Of a DNA stretch of 64,000 nt, positions 26,271 through 38,469 are shown in pieces; the first letter of the stretch is position 1; each line of letters starts with the position of its first letter. Source of the stretch: Vicugna vicugna (Eukaryota); the NCBI GenBank assembly GCA_013265495.1, contig MU057560.1, positions 320,753 through 384,752 on the forward strand. Reading direction: 5' to 3'. The notes below the pieces were generated by a model. That model had not been told where the DNA came from, did no database searches, and was given only the letters and a program-made list of their open reading frames with translations. The translations under genes were made by a program, and so were the position numbers.

Positions 26271-29060
26271 GTTTGTTTTATTTCATTTCATTTATTTTAC
26301 TTTGTTTTATTTTATTTTGCATTTAGAATGGACAGGGCTCTAATGGACATTGAGTAACATCTTAGCTGAAGACGGTTTTCAAGCTGGCAGTATTGCTGCC
26401 CCACTGGATACTGAGGGACCGGCCAACAGGGTGAAGAAGGGGCGTAGTGCCCGGACTCGCCAGCCTCCCTGGACAGGGCAGGAATCACATGCTATGAATG
26501 GTCACCGTGGGCCACTCAGGCTGGGGCAGGACTGGCAGCACTAGGCTGGGGTCCTCTGCTCAGGAGCCGCTCCCCGGGAACCCTCTGGTACATCTGACAA
26601 GGGGATGAGGTGCAGGACCAGAGCCTGGGCCAGCAGCACCCTGTTCAGGCGGGAGAGTTTAACTGGAAGATGGGCCCAGTCCCACGCCATGGCCAGGTGC
26701 CCCAGCACATGTTCTCTTTCGCTCTTGTGGAAGAGTTGGTGCATCAGGATGGGGGTGACCTTTCGGAGGCTGTGGATGGGTGGTGACTGGTCCACACTGG
26801 GAGCAGGACCCTGGGTGTGGAAACTACCACAGAGAGTGAGGGTCATCCTTCCCTGGGAATCTGGTCAACCTAAGGATTCCCGGATGGTCTTCAGGGCTTC
26901 TGGTAGACACTCCACGTGTAATGTCAAGTGTACAGATATTGCTTAAAACTTTTAAATTCTTCAGTATTATCTTGCTTGATGTATTTCTTTCATTACCGTA
27001 ATTTAACAGGTACCTCTGAGTCAACAGAGCTTTCAACCTATTACTGTAAGTTTTTCTTTCACGGGAAGTAAGCTGCTTTTGATTACAGGCTTGGATGCTT
27101 CCAAGTATTTCTGAGTGAATTTTGGCATGTGTTTTGTGGATATCCAGTCTTTGCATACACTGCTATTCTGTCTGCTTTGGAAAACTTCTCCTTTATCTTT
27201 GCAGCATAAATTCTGCCTAAATTGGATATCCAGTGAAACTTAATTTTTTCTTCTTGATGTATTTCTGTGAAGGTTTAAAGTTTCCAATGGACTGGTTGCT
27301 TCTGCTTCCCTGTTTTTTTCTAACTGCAGTGACACTTGCTCGGTTTGGAGACTTTGCATGTGAACTTGAAGAGCATTGGTAATTTCATCTTCTTCAGTCA
27401 ACTTAGTACACATTTGATTTCTTTCTTCTTCAAAAGTTTTAAAGTAAATATTTAATTCCGCCTCATCAGTCAGTTTCTTTGAAATTCCTTTGATTCCCCT
27501 TCCAGGAGGTCTCCGTTTGCAGGACCGTTGGCTTTACCTACTTCCCCCTGAGAACCGCAATGCCAACTCTCTCTTTTTCACAAGTATCCATCCGAAGCTT
27601 CAGTCTTTCTCTAGAGATTTTTTTTTCCAGTCTAATAACTTCATTTGCTCCTCTTTTTCATCCTTCAGCTTCTTGTGAAAGCAGCTTCAGACTTCCCAGA
27701 ACATTGGCATTTTCCTCCCAAGCATCTCTGAGTGCTGCCTGAAACTGTCCTTCACTGAGCTGATAGATTTTGAGGACTATTTCTATGGCAGCTACTTGAA
27801 ATTCAGTGTGTTCTGATGCACCTTGTAAAGACTGAAACTGTCTTGTCAAGTCAGTCATCAACTCAACTTGTCTAAAACGTTGAGATCCGTCTTCTTTCAG
27901 TCCTTTATGAAAAATGTTTATGTTAAAGCCAAGTAAAGAGTCAGAGGTGTCTAGCTGCTTACTGATGTTTAATGCATTTCTAATAATTTGTTCTCCAGTC
28001 TGGTTTGCACTGAGGTTGTCTCAAGGTCTCCAAATACATATTTTGTATTTAAATTAATAGACCTTGTTCCTTAGAGGAGCTTTAGTTCTGTAGAAAAATT
28101 AAGCACAGGGAGCTTCCATGTCCTCCCCCTCCCTTCCACGCCACCATATTTACATGGTTTTTCCCACTATTATCTTGCACTGACATGGAACATTTATTAC
28201 AATTGATAAACCAATTATTATTAACTGAAGTTCATAGGTCACATTAGGGTACACTCCTTGTGTTGTACATTCTATTGGTTTTGCCAAATATGTAATGTCA
28301 TGTGCCCACCATTTTAGTATCATAAAAAAGTGTTTCACTACTCTAAAAATCCCCTACATTCCACCTCTTCTTTCCTCCCATCTCCTCTCCTCCTAAAGCC
28401 CCTGGAAACCACCGATCTTTTTATTGTCTCCATAGTTTTGCCTTTTCTGGTATGTCATATGTTTGGAATCACACACTACATAGTGTCTTTTCAGACTGGC
28501 TTCTCTCCCTTGGCAATAAATTTGAGTTCATCCATATATTTTCTCGACTTGATAACATTATTTTTTATGGTGGAGTAATATTCCATTGTCTACATGCACC
28601 ACTATTTATTTATTCATTCATCTATTGAAGGGTATCTTGATTGCGTCTAAGTTTTGACAATTATAAATAAAACCGCTATAAACATTCATGTCCAGGTTTT
28701 TGCATGAACATAAGTTTTCAATTCATTTAGATACCATTTTCAATAAAAAAAAAACATATTTTTGTTTATCTTAAAATAGGTTGTCTTTCTTCCGGGAGGC
28801 TGGAAAGCCTGTGGCTAGTTTTCTTCTTCTTGAATTAAGTCTGTGATCTTTTCATAATTAAAAATATGACTTGACTATGACCATCAACACCCCCATCTCT
28901 CGTAGAAGTCCGTGGGGATACAGGCCTGATCTCACGTCCCCTGGCAATGCTGGACCCCTGGCCCAGCAGCCCCTGCAGAGGTACAGCACAGAGCCTCGTG
29001 GCCACCACCAGATCCTCCCCACCGCCCAGAGACCCTGCTGAGACACCTGAGGTGGTCAAG
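26271..29060 (-). pseudogene. Processed pseudogene of the cTAGE5/MIA2 (cTAGE family) transcript, near full-length, interrupted by an L1
   Basis: Minus-strand translations follow recalled cTAGE5 in order and without introns: ALPGDVRSGLYPHGLLREM (vs ALPEGMRPDSNLYGFPWEL, about 28.9 kb); ELMTDLTRQFQSLQ...QVAAIEIVLKIYQLSE...DAWEEN...QEAEG* (vs ELMADISKRIQSLE...QVAEAKMTFKIFQMNE...DALNEN...QEAEVW); KKLTDEAELNIYFKTFEEERNQ...LQTEQVSLQLE (vs [22 protein letters not shown]...LQTEQASLQSE); then a GC-rich tail region and a decayed poly(A) at 26271-26318. Stops and frameshifts are present. Confidence 0.9.
28047..28753 (-). mobile_element. L1 3' end (L1MC1/2-like) inserted into the cTAGE retrocopy
   Basis: ttaatagacc...acatttattacaattgataaacca...gtgttgtacattctattggtttt is a reversed old L1 3' UTR, flanked by a near-identical direct repeat acatattttgt (28036-28046) / acatatttttgt (28754-28765). 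Confidence 0.8.
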
Positions 29061-30599
29061 GCCCTGCCAGCCACAGTGGACTCTAGAGAACACTGGTGAG
29101 CATCCTGCCTGAAACCAAATCAGTTCCTGGCAACTTGCGCTGGTCTCAGGGGAGACTGAGGAGGGACAGAGCAGTAAACCCTGCTTTGAAAACATTCCTC
29201 ACTGGGGGCCTGCAGCAATTAGGCCTCATCAGGGTTGGGGGCTGTCTTGGAGGCCAGCCTAGCACGGTGCAAAGCCAGTGACAGTCCTGCCTGCAGGGGT
29301 GGGACAAGCCAACTAGCGGGCTCTTTCAAGCCAACTGTTCCTTCAGGAACTCCTGAAGAAAATGGGAGAAAGCTGGTAGGCAGCAGTGAACCAAGGCCGC
29401 ACCCCCGGGCGTCTCCAAGCCAGAACGCCCCCACGCAGGTCCCCACTGCTCCCCCGGCCCCAACCCACAGGCAGGCAGGTGTCTTTAATAAGTGAATTTG
29501 GTATTTAAGCCGACTGTATTTCTCGTGAAACTAACCTGTTGTAAAGAATTTGGGGCCTCAGTTTAATATTTCTGAAACAGCGTCCTAATTGTTGAAAGAA
29601 AAAGGGGTTGGGGGGGCACACAGAACGGAAGTTCCTTTAGCCAGGTGCCTCCTGGCTGCTGAGCGACTTGTGTTTATAAAACTTCCAAGCAGGTAAACAA
29701 AGGATACCAGCTGCTGAAATATCAGAATACATCCAGTCAAAGGGAACAAAGAAGAAAACAAACGAATCATTAAAGCGAAGGACGATTATTGGCATGATGG
29801 AGTAAATGAGAGAGACTAGCAGTGATTTAAATCAACACCTGACGACAAAGGCTCAAAGCACTTAAATAACGATACTCATTAATGTGATAAACAGACCCCA
29901 CCTTAGGGGGCTAATGTTCTAACTCTCTTGGAAACGACCGCCTCCCACTTTTAAATCACCAAAAGCCTTCCATACCGGATTGCTCAATAAACAGTCTGGG
30001 TCTGGGATAAAATTCTGATTAAGAAAAGAATTTCCTCTCGGAGGAGAGAGGTGAGCTTAATTGGCTAGCAGGGCTGACTCTGGGAGTCACAGGTGGGGGA
30101 ATAAAGGGGACCTAACTTTTTTTTAAAAATGTGCCCATTCAGGCCTTTTACTGGATCGCATTTAATTCTCACAGCCGAGGGGGTAGGGAGCTCCGACCGA
30201 TCCCGGAAAGAGCAAAACAGAGGTTCAGAGACGTTCAGCAAGGAAAGAGTCAAGGGGGGAAGTCGGCCAGCCAGGGGGTTTGGGTGTTTCTGCCCAAGCT
30301 CTTCATGCGTTTGTTGGGTTTTCTAACATCAGAGCGGAGCTGGTTGAGAAGCAGGGCGGCCTGCAGGGTGAGGGCTGTGACTGAGGGACAGCTGTGGCTT
30401 GGAGGGAGCTGGGGAGGGGCTTCTGCGCCTGTTACAGGACTAGATCCAGAGCTGCTCTCACCAGATGAATTCCCTATTGTGTTTTGTATTTTTAACGCTG
30501 AGACTGAAATGCTCACCCTGCAAATGGATCACGAAAAACTAGTACTGATGTCTGTCCAGGATCAGTACCTCCTGGCCGTCTGCTAAGGTCAGAAGTCCA

Positions 30600-31900
30600 T
30601 CCCGGCCTCTGCGATGCGGCCCTGGGGGCGCCCAGGCCCACTGCCTGTGTGAGGGCTTCCTCCTCACCACCCTGCCCCAGGCCAGGCGTGTCTGGGGCTC
30701 TCGCTTCCCGCACCCCCAGCTCCGGACCAGGGCTGCCTATGAAAATTTCATGCCTCCAGGTGCTGCATGGATTATTCATGAAGGCTGCAGCGCTGTCGCC
30801 ATGGGAGCCGATTGGCTGCGGCGTTTTTAGCATATTAATGGCCTGCCCTGTGTGCGTGCAGGGCAGGGACCCACCTGGATTGTCAGTCAGCGGCGGGACC
30901 AGCTTTTCCATTTGCGGAACACGTCGTTTGTTATTGCTTTCCAGACGGCCCCGGGAGTAATATTTACCTAATTGACTAATCCAAGCAAGCAGGAGGCCCC
31001 CCTGGAGCCTCAGAGGTCTCTTAGCGTCTCCCTCTCGCCCCGCTGGCCCCCTGGGGGGGGTCGGCCTCCGGTCACGGCCTCCTCCCTTCCTCTGTCCCTG
31101 GCTGGGCTCCCAGGCCAGCGGGCGCCCTGGGCGGTGAGCCCTGAGTCAGGGAGGCCGAGTAACCCGGCCCAGATCGGCATGTTCGCCCAACCGGTGGAAC
31201 AGATTGGAAGGTGCTGTGTTAGTGCCAAGGGTGGAGGCCGGGGTGGGGGGGGCTTCAAAGGCTCCTGACGGCACCCCACAAACGGGTCATGGAAAACCAG
31301 CCCGATGTACATCCGTGATTAGTAAGAAATGCGCCGGAAATCGCAGGGCCCCGTCAAACCTGCGCTCAGCCCAGTGGGGGCGTCGGGGCAACGGCCAGCT
31401 AATCCCCATACGCCAGCCCCTGCGGGGTAGCCGGGCGCCCACGGAGCACGGGGCTGGGCGTGGGGGGCGCTGGCGGGAAAGACGGGATTCCCGTGCTTCC
31501 GGAACGAAGACGACTTTAGCCCAGGTAGGAGTGATGCCGGCGGAGGCAGGGCCCGGGGGCGCGCGGGGAGGGCCGCGCCGCTGGCCGGGGCCGACGCGCA
31601 TCTGCCCAGGGCCCCCAGGGACGGGCGCAGGCCGCAGTGGTCTCCCCGCCGGCGGTACCTTTCGAGGAAGAAGGCGGTGTGTTTAGATTTGCCTTCCGTA
31701 ACATAAGCAGCAGGGGGATGCGGGTTACGCAGCCTGCTCCGGGGGGCTGGGCTGCCCTTGCTTTTCCGCGACAGCTGAAGGCCGGGGCCCTTCCCCGAGC
31801 AGCGCGGGGAGGCGGGGGCGGGAGGCGGCGGCGGCCCGAGCGCAGCGCGCAGATGCTCCAGGGGCTCCGTGACAGGCACGGCGATCGATTTCCGAATTAG
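30600..31900. promoter_or_regulatory. CpG island / candidate promoter or enhancer
   Basis: High GC and dense CpG (strongest at 31.3-31.9 kb), a GC box (ggcgggggcggg, about 31811), a reverse CCAAT box (ccgattggctg, about 30808) and an RFX X-box-like gtcgccatgggagc (30795). Confidence 0.7.
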
Positions 31901-32911
31901 CTGGGTTCCTAGACCTCAGAGCACACAGAGGGGAACAAAAACTGGGCAATGTCAAAAAGGGAATCCCCCTCCACTCGCCTGGCGTGTACGAAAGAGCCCA
32001 CGTTAGATGTTCCTGGGCCAACAGCAGCAGGGACCCGTGAGGGGTGCTGGGCAGTGGTGGGGCTGCCGTCCGGGAGGAGGGAAGTTTCTGATCATTTTCC
32101 AAGTCCGAAAGGGAGCCTTGCGTGGAGGAAGGGGAGATTGGATTGATACAGGTGACGATGAAACCGGCCGGTCATTTGTCGTATTTACAGAAAACACATG
32201 GCTTTGGATGAAGGAGCTAAAGTTGCTACCATGCTGCGGATCAAGTTAAAAATAGAAGCCTTTTGGATGCTTCGGGTCACCCTGGAAGCCACACGATGAG
32301 GCCAGGGGGTGCAAAGCCAGTGACCTTTGCCTTGGGAGAATTCCAAGACCGTGCTTTTTGCATGAAAACTTGCACTGTGCATTTTACTCTTGTGTCCTGA
32401 GTGCCACCCCCAACAGCTAGGGACTTCACAGGACTCTCAGGGACTCTACACAGCCTCACAGGTGAATATGCTTAGGCACAGTGAGGACACAAGGTGCAAA
32501 TTTCAACTTGGAGAACGATGAGAGTCTTCCTCACCCTATCTGTCAATCTGTACATAATATGTATAAACACACTGAAATGCATAAATGGGGTGAATGTGCT
32601 ATAAAGAGATGACTTCAGGTTAGACTGGGGAGAGATGCATCAAATGTTAGAACTTTAATGTCCCTAAAAGATGTGTAAGCTTTTCTGAAACTTCTGTTTA
32701 TTCTAAAAAGGAGACAAATGACATCCAGACAGGTGATGTGACTTGCTGAGATCCTACCAGGAGAATGGGATGAGAGGTCATTCCCGTGGGATCAGTGGGT
32801 CAGATCATTGGGAGAATAGATGCAGACTTTGGCACGTTTCCTCCTTGCTGGGTTCAGTCAGAGGAAATAAGGTGGAATGGAGAATGAAAGGGGAAGAAGT
32901 GAGAAAACCAC

Positions 32912-33392
32912 TACACTTGTGCTTTTGTTTTGATAATCCTTTTCTCTACTGAAGTATAGTTAATTTACAATGTTGTGTTAGTCTGTGGTGTACAGCATAG
33001 TGACATATATATATAAATCATATACATACATAGTGGAACACTACTCATCCATCAAAGTGAAATAATGCCATTTGCAGCAACATGGATGGACCTAGAGATG
33101 ATCATACTAAGTGAAGGCAGCCAGACAGAGAAAGACAGATACCATTTGATATCACTTATATGTAGAAACTTAAAAAAAAGACACAAATGAACTTATTTAC
33201 AAAACAGAAACAGACTCACAGACATAGGAAACAAACTGATGGCTACCAAAAGGGAAAGAGGGGAGGGATCAGCAGAAACAAACTACTATATAGAAAACAG
33301 ATAAACAGCATGGTTGTACAGTGTAGCACAGGGAACTGGATTCAATAACTTGTAATAACCTATAATATCATGAAAAGGAATACACTTGTTTT
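32912..33392 (-). mobile_element. 5'-inverted (twin-primed) L1 insertion
   Basis: The terminal L1 3' segment is on - (about 32940-33012) and the adjoining upstream L1 segment is on + (about 33030-33380). TSD tacacttgt at 32912-32920 and 33381-33389, followed by ttttaa. Confidence 0.85.
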
Positions 33393-35434
33393 TAACCCTA
33401 AATTGTTCTAGGTCTCCTGTCTACCGTGCAGACTCTGAAACCAAACTCAGGCCAGTAGCTTGGGTCTTCACAAGCCTCAGAATTCAGTGGGTCTAAAACA
33501 TACCAGAGAATGAAAAACAACAACAACTAAAAAACAGAGATAGACAGAGATAGATCATCTTTTCCACAGCTGAAGATTGTTCCTGAAGTAAAGCTTTTGG
33601 AAAATAGAAAAAAAAAATTACCACAAAATGTCTAAAAATTGCAAGCGCCTGAATTCGGCCATTTTTGCCTGTAGCCACGGCACCAGGCTTCCTTCAAAAG
33701 CTGTCCCGAGGGTCCACTCCCCGCAACCCCGCTCTTCCATGGAAGCTTGGCAGAACTAATCTTTACAAAATGTGGTGTCATGTATCCACTTCAGGTGGAG
33801 TGAGCTTTTGCCATCATTTGAATAAAGCAATTTGGAGCACATACAGGCACAAAGGCAGCATCTATATGGTAAATATATACATATGTAATTAGATGGCTGC
33901 AAAATTACGTAGGATGATGTTTCAAGAGGCAAAGAGTTCAAAACTGAAATGGAAGCCTGGTAAATAACCCATTATACCCAGAGGAGTCCTGATTGCCTAT
34001 TCATAGCTGAAATTTACATGAACCCTTGTTCATTAAAGAATGAATAGCTGCTAATTTGCAGCATTACCAAAGCAAAGTTCAGATGACAGAATAAAAAAAA
34101 AATAAAAAACAACTCTCCAATCAGAAATGTACCAGCTGTCCCACACAAGCGCCACTGTAACTTTCTTAATATACTGGAGACCCTATTTTTAAGTTCTACT
34201 ATCTAACTAAAACACCCCAGAGAGGGGAAAAATGATGCAGATTGCAGAAATCAAATTTAATAATGATAAAGAAAGTAAGAGGGAGAAAAGTCAATGCATC
34301 TGTTAAAGCCAATTTAAGTTGCTTTCTTTTGAGCATCTAGTTATTTCCTTACATAGAAGAAGCTACTTGAGCGTTGTTCAGGGAAACGGGCTCAGGTCCT
34401 TATTTAGATGTACCTGTTAAGAGTTTAAAGCAGAGAGAGGGAAGGTGTGACCAAGGCATCATTCTTGTCCTTAGGAAACTGACAGTCCAGAGAAGGAGCC
34501 AGAAACAGTAGGGAGATGGGGCCAAGTGAGGGCTGGTGAGAGTGAAATGCCCTGCTCTGAATGGGTGTCACTCTTCTACCCAGAGCCTAGAGTCTGCGTG
34601 CTGGAGTCACGGCCGAGGGGCACTGTCAGGGTGGGGGGATGAGCCACTGCTTCCTCCCAGCAAGGAAACAGAGAGCTGGGGGCTGCATGACTCGGCCAAA
34701 GTTACCCAGACAGCATCAAAGCTAGACCCTGACCCACACAGCTTGTGACCCTTAGATGTTCACATTTCACTTATGGATGATCAGCTTCTCACAGTCAATC
34801 CTTCAAAGGTTAAAAGGTAAAGACTAAACACCTTGCCCCTCCTCCACCACCGCCACCACCGTACACAACCGGCAAAAGTTCAATAATCTTCAGATAATGA
34901 GATTCCACAAATCAATTCGAGTAACATGAAAACCAGGAGGAAAACGTTATTTTCTCTCGGTGATTGTTAAGGGGCACAAATAACAAAAGATCTAAAGTGG
35001 CCATCAAATTGTGAACAAAGTTTGTTAGTTCTCAAGAGAATGTAAATCAGAGTTCAAGTTAAGAACTATACGTCACCTGCAGTCCTGACAACAGTGAAGT
35101 CAGTTATGACAACCGGCCTGAGAGAAGCTTAGCAGGGAAAGGACAGTCTGCAGACTTGCTCGTGGGAAAGCGAATCTCACCGACTTCTCCTCGGAAGGTC
35201 AGTTTGGGAACAGAAATAAACAACCAGAAAGATATTCATTTATTCAACCAGTTCAATTTCTTATACATTTACTGACAAAAGTAGGCAAGAAAACAAAGCT
35301 AGGTGCACAAATGTTTACAGTGCATGGAGATGCATCCAAAAATGAAGATCAATTATCTGCAACACAGAAAGACAAAATTTATGTCCTCCAGATTAATTTA
35401 TTATAATCCTGTATCATGTTGTGCTTAACAGAGT

Positions 35435-35620
35435 AAACTCTGGGATGTGATCCAACCTTGGCTCCACAAGTTACTTGCTGGGTGATCCAGGATAAGTTAT
35501 CTAATAGTTCCCTTCCTTGGTGTCCTCGTTTGTAAGATGGGGAGATGCTGTCACCTACTTCAGGGGATTTCCATGAGTATGAAATAGGCCAACACTTTCT
35601 CAGTGTAAAACACTTAGATT
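35435..35620 (+). mobile_element. MIR SINE
   Basis: ttacttgctgggtgatccaggataagttatctaa...tcctcgtttgtaagatgggga...cacctacttcagggg. Confidence 0.6.
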
Positions 35621-35639
35621 AGACTCTGTTACTTCATGT

Positions 35640-36108
35640 GTGTGTGGGTCAAGGCTCCCCAGAAAAGTAGAACTGATAGGAGAGAGAGAGAGAGAGAAGA
35701 TAGATAGATGATAGACAGACAGATAGATAGCTAGAGATATAGAGTTATTTAGTATAGGATTAGGCCAAGTCCCACCATCTGCTGTCTTCAAGCTGGAGAA
35801 CCAGAAGTCCATTCTAAGTCAGAAGACTCAAGAACCAAGAGCACTGGTATCTCAGGGCAGGAGACAGTGAAGTCCCTACTCAAGCAAAGAATGAGTTTGC
35901 CCTTCCTGTGCCTTTTTATTCCACCCAGACCATTACAGTGTGGCTGGTGCCCACCTCAACGCCGAGGGCAATCTTCCTTCCTCAGTCTATGGATTTAAAT
36001 GCTATTCTCTTCTTAAAACACCCTACAGACACAGCCGGAAAACATGTCTTACCATCTCTTTGGCATCCTTTAGCCCAGTCAAGCTGACACATGAAATCAA
36101 CCATCATG
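35640..36108 (-). mobile_element. ERVL LTR (MLT2 family) with internal GA/GATA microsatellite
   Basis: Ends ggcatcctttagcccagtcaagctgacacatgaaatcaaccatca, the reverse complement of the MLT2 5' end; GA/GATA repeats at about 35678-35740. Confidence 0.8.
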
Positions 36109-36516
36109 ATATGTTCAAAAATATTATTATTTAATTACTTTACTGTCATCATGCAGTCTCAATAATTGATGTTATCAGGGTATATTTTATTTTCAAAATG
36201 TTTTCAAGTGAAAAAAAGCCTAAGGCAATAGACCAAGGGATACAAAATGTTTCTCTCTCTTTATTCTTATCTATATGTTCTGTTTGTATATGATTAATGT
36301 ATTGTTGTACAATAACATAGTTTATAGAACCCTACAAAGTGTTTTCAAAAGTCTGCTATGCAAGGGAAGAGGACCCTGACACCCATAATAGAGTAATCCT
36401 GTGCTATGTGGGAGCGAAGAGCTTGCACTGCAGTGATGAACATAAGTGTGAGTCCCTGCTCTGCTGAACACATACTTACTGTAAATCCTTGGGCAGGACA
36501 ATTTAACCTCTTTAAA

Positions 36517-37335
36517 TCACCTCACACCAGTCAGAATGGCCATCATTCAAAAGTCCACAAATGACAAATGCTGGAGAGGCTGTGGAGAAAGGGGAACCCT
36601 CCTACACTGCTGGTGGGAATGCAGTTTGGTGCAGCCACTGTGGAAAACAGTATGGAGATTCCTCAAAAGACTAGGAATAGACTTACCATATGACCCAGCA
36701 ATCCTGCTCCTGGGCATATATCCAGAAGGAACCCTACTTCAAAATGACACCTGCAACCCAATGTTCATAGCAGCACTATTTACAATAGCCAAGACATGGA
36801 AACAGCTTAAATGTCCATCAACAGCTGACTGGATAAAGAAGATGTGGTATATTTATACAATGGAATACTACTCAGCCATAGCACAGGGAACTATATTCAG
36901 TATCTTGTAGTAATCTACAATGAAAACAAATGTATGTATGTATATATATATAAGTAAACATTATGGTGTACACCAGAAACTGACACAAAATTGTAAACTG
37001 ACTATATTAAAAAAAACCAAACAAAACCCAAAAAACAAAAAAACAGAAACAGACTCTTAGACATAGAATACAAACTGGTGGTTGCCAGGGGGATGGGGGG
37101 TGGGAAGGGACAGACTGGGATTTCAAAAAGTAGAATAGATAAACAAGACTGTACTGTGTAGCACAGGGAACTATCTACAGGATCTTGTAGTGGCTTGTGG
37201 TGGCTCACAGCGAAAGAGAATGTGACAACGAATGTATGTATGTTTCATGCATAACTGAAAAATTGGGCTCTATGCTGGAATCGGACACATTGTAAAATGA
37301 CTATAACTCAATAAAAATATTTATATATAAAAAAA
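36517..37335 (+). mobile_element. 5'-truncated lineage-specific L1 (ORF2 C-terminus plus composite 3' UTR) nested in a MIR
   Basis: ORF 36536-36910 encodes [19 protein letters not shown]...[14 protein letters not shown]...WIKKMWYIYTMEYYSAI, the canonical L1 ORF2 cysteine-rich end. There are two A-rich tails (about 37008-37045 and 37311-37336), and MIR-like sequence on both sides. Confidence 0.92.
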
Positions 37336-38469
37336 ATCTCAGTGATATGATGGCAGTAGAGCTGCTTGTAGATCTAATGAGATAACCCATGGGAAACATA
37401 GGCTCTGATATCAAATAGAAAGTATCAGTGGTATAAAAACATTAGCTAATGTTACTACTCAACACACTCCGGCTATCGTCAAAGGTAATCATAGGAATCA
37501 CACACACACAGACACAAACACACACACACACGGTGCTGGACTGAGCTGCATGCAGAATCTAGAACATGAAAGTCGGAGGTGATGAATGAAGGAACAAACA
37601 TCCAGTTGAGACCCCACCCAACTGCTAATAAGCCATTGAAATGGTTAGATCTACCTCCTAAGCTCAAATATGTAGTTTTAAAAAATTACTATGTCACAGA
37701 AAAATACTTGTATTGTTTTCGGGTCGCCACAGGAGAACAATCCCGTCAGAAACAGAAAAACGCGGACACACACACGAACGTCTCTCGCTACGGATGCTGC
37801 AGCAGTTTGTTCGCTTAGTTTTCACTGCGTTAAGCACAAGCAAATTCACTGGCCACCTGAACTAGCGAGTATTCTCATCCAAGCTGATTTTAAAATGCAG
37901 CAAAATGAATAAATGAGTGAATGAATACATAAATAAATTAATGAAATGGATTATGAGATGTTGAGGGAAGAGATAGAAGTTAAGGCATAGGATAAAAGCA
38001 AATGTAGTAAGAAATCGATCATGGAGTGTAGATGGTGAGTGTGTGGCTATTTATTCTGCACGTCTTCGTTTTCATAATTCAATATTGGGAAAAAAGCAAA
38101 AAGACAGTCCCATGAAATGTGTGCGTCGGATGCACGATGGAATCCGGGGGTCCGCAGGCTGGGAACGCCAGGCCCGGCCACTCTCACACACCGTGTGCCG
38201 CGGACACACCTTTTCTCTCAGCAGTGGGTGGTGGCGGGAAGTGTGGCTAGGCAAACTCTGCGGTGACTAGTCCTAAAGCAGATTTTCCTTATCAATCTGA
38301 AAGATAAAGAACATGGAACAGGTTTGGATTTTAACACAAAAAAAGACACCCTTGTTTTAGGGGATTTTCCTTCCCTGCCACCCATAAGACTTGCCTGTAT
38401 CTAGAGCTTTACAGGGAGCATTTTACTTGGCCTTCAAAGTTTGTTTTTGGTGTTGTTTTGTTTAAATCA

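Noticed and set aside
26205..29215. Short similar motifs on either side of the retrocopy (ttcctcagtggggggc / ttcctcactgggggc; gtaagcccttgcttt / gtaaaccctgcttt) as a possible TSD
   Set aside because: Their order is swapped between the two sides and they do not abut the retrocopy ends; not a convincing TSD.
31204..31900. Overlapping Arg/Pro/Gly-rich ORFs in the CpG island
   Set aside because: Expected from stop-codon scarcity in GC-rich DNA; the same applies to ORFs at 56.8-57.7 kb.
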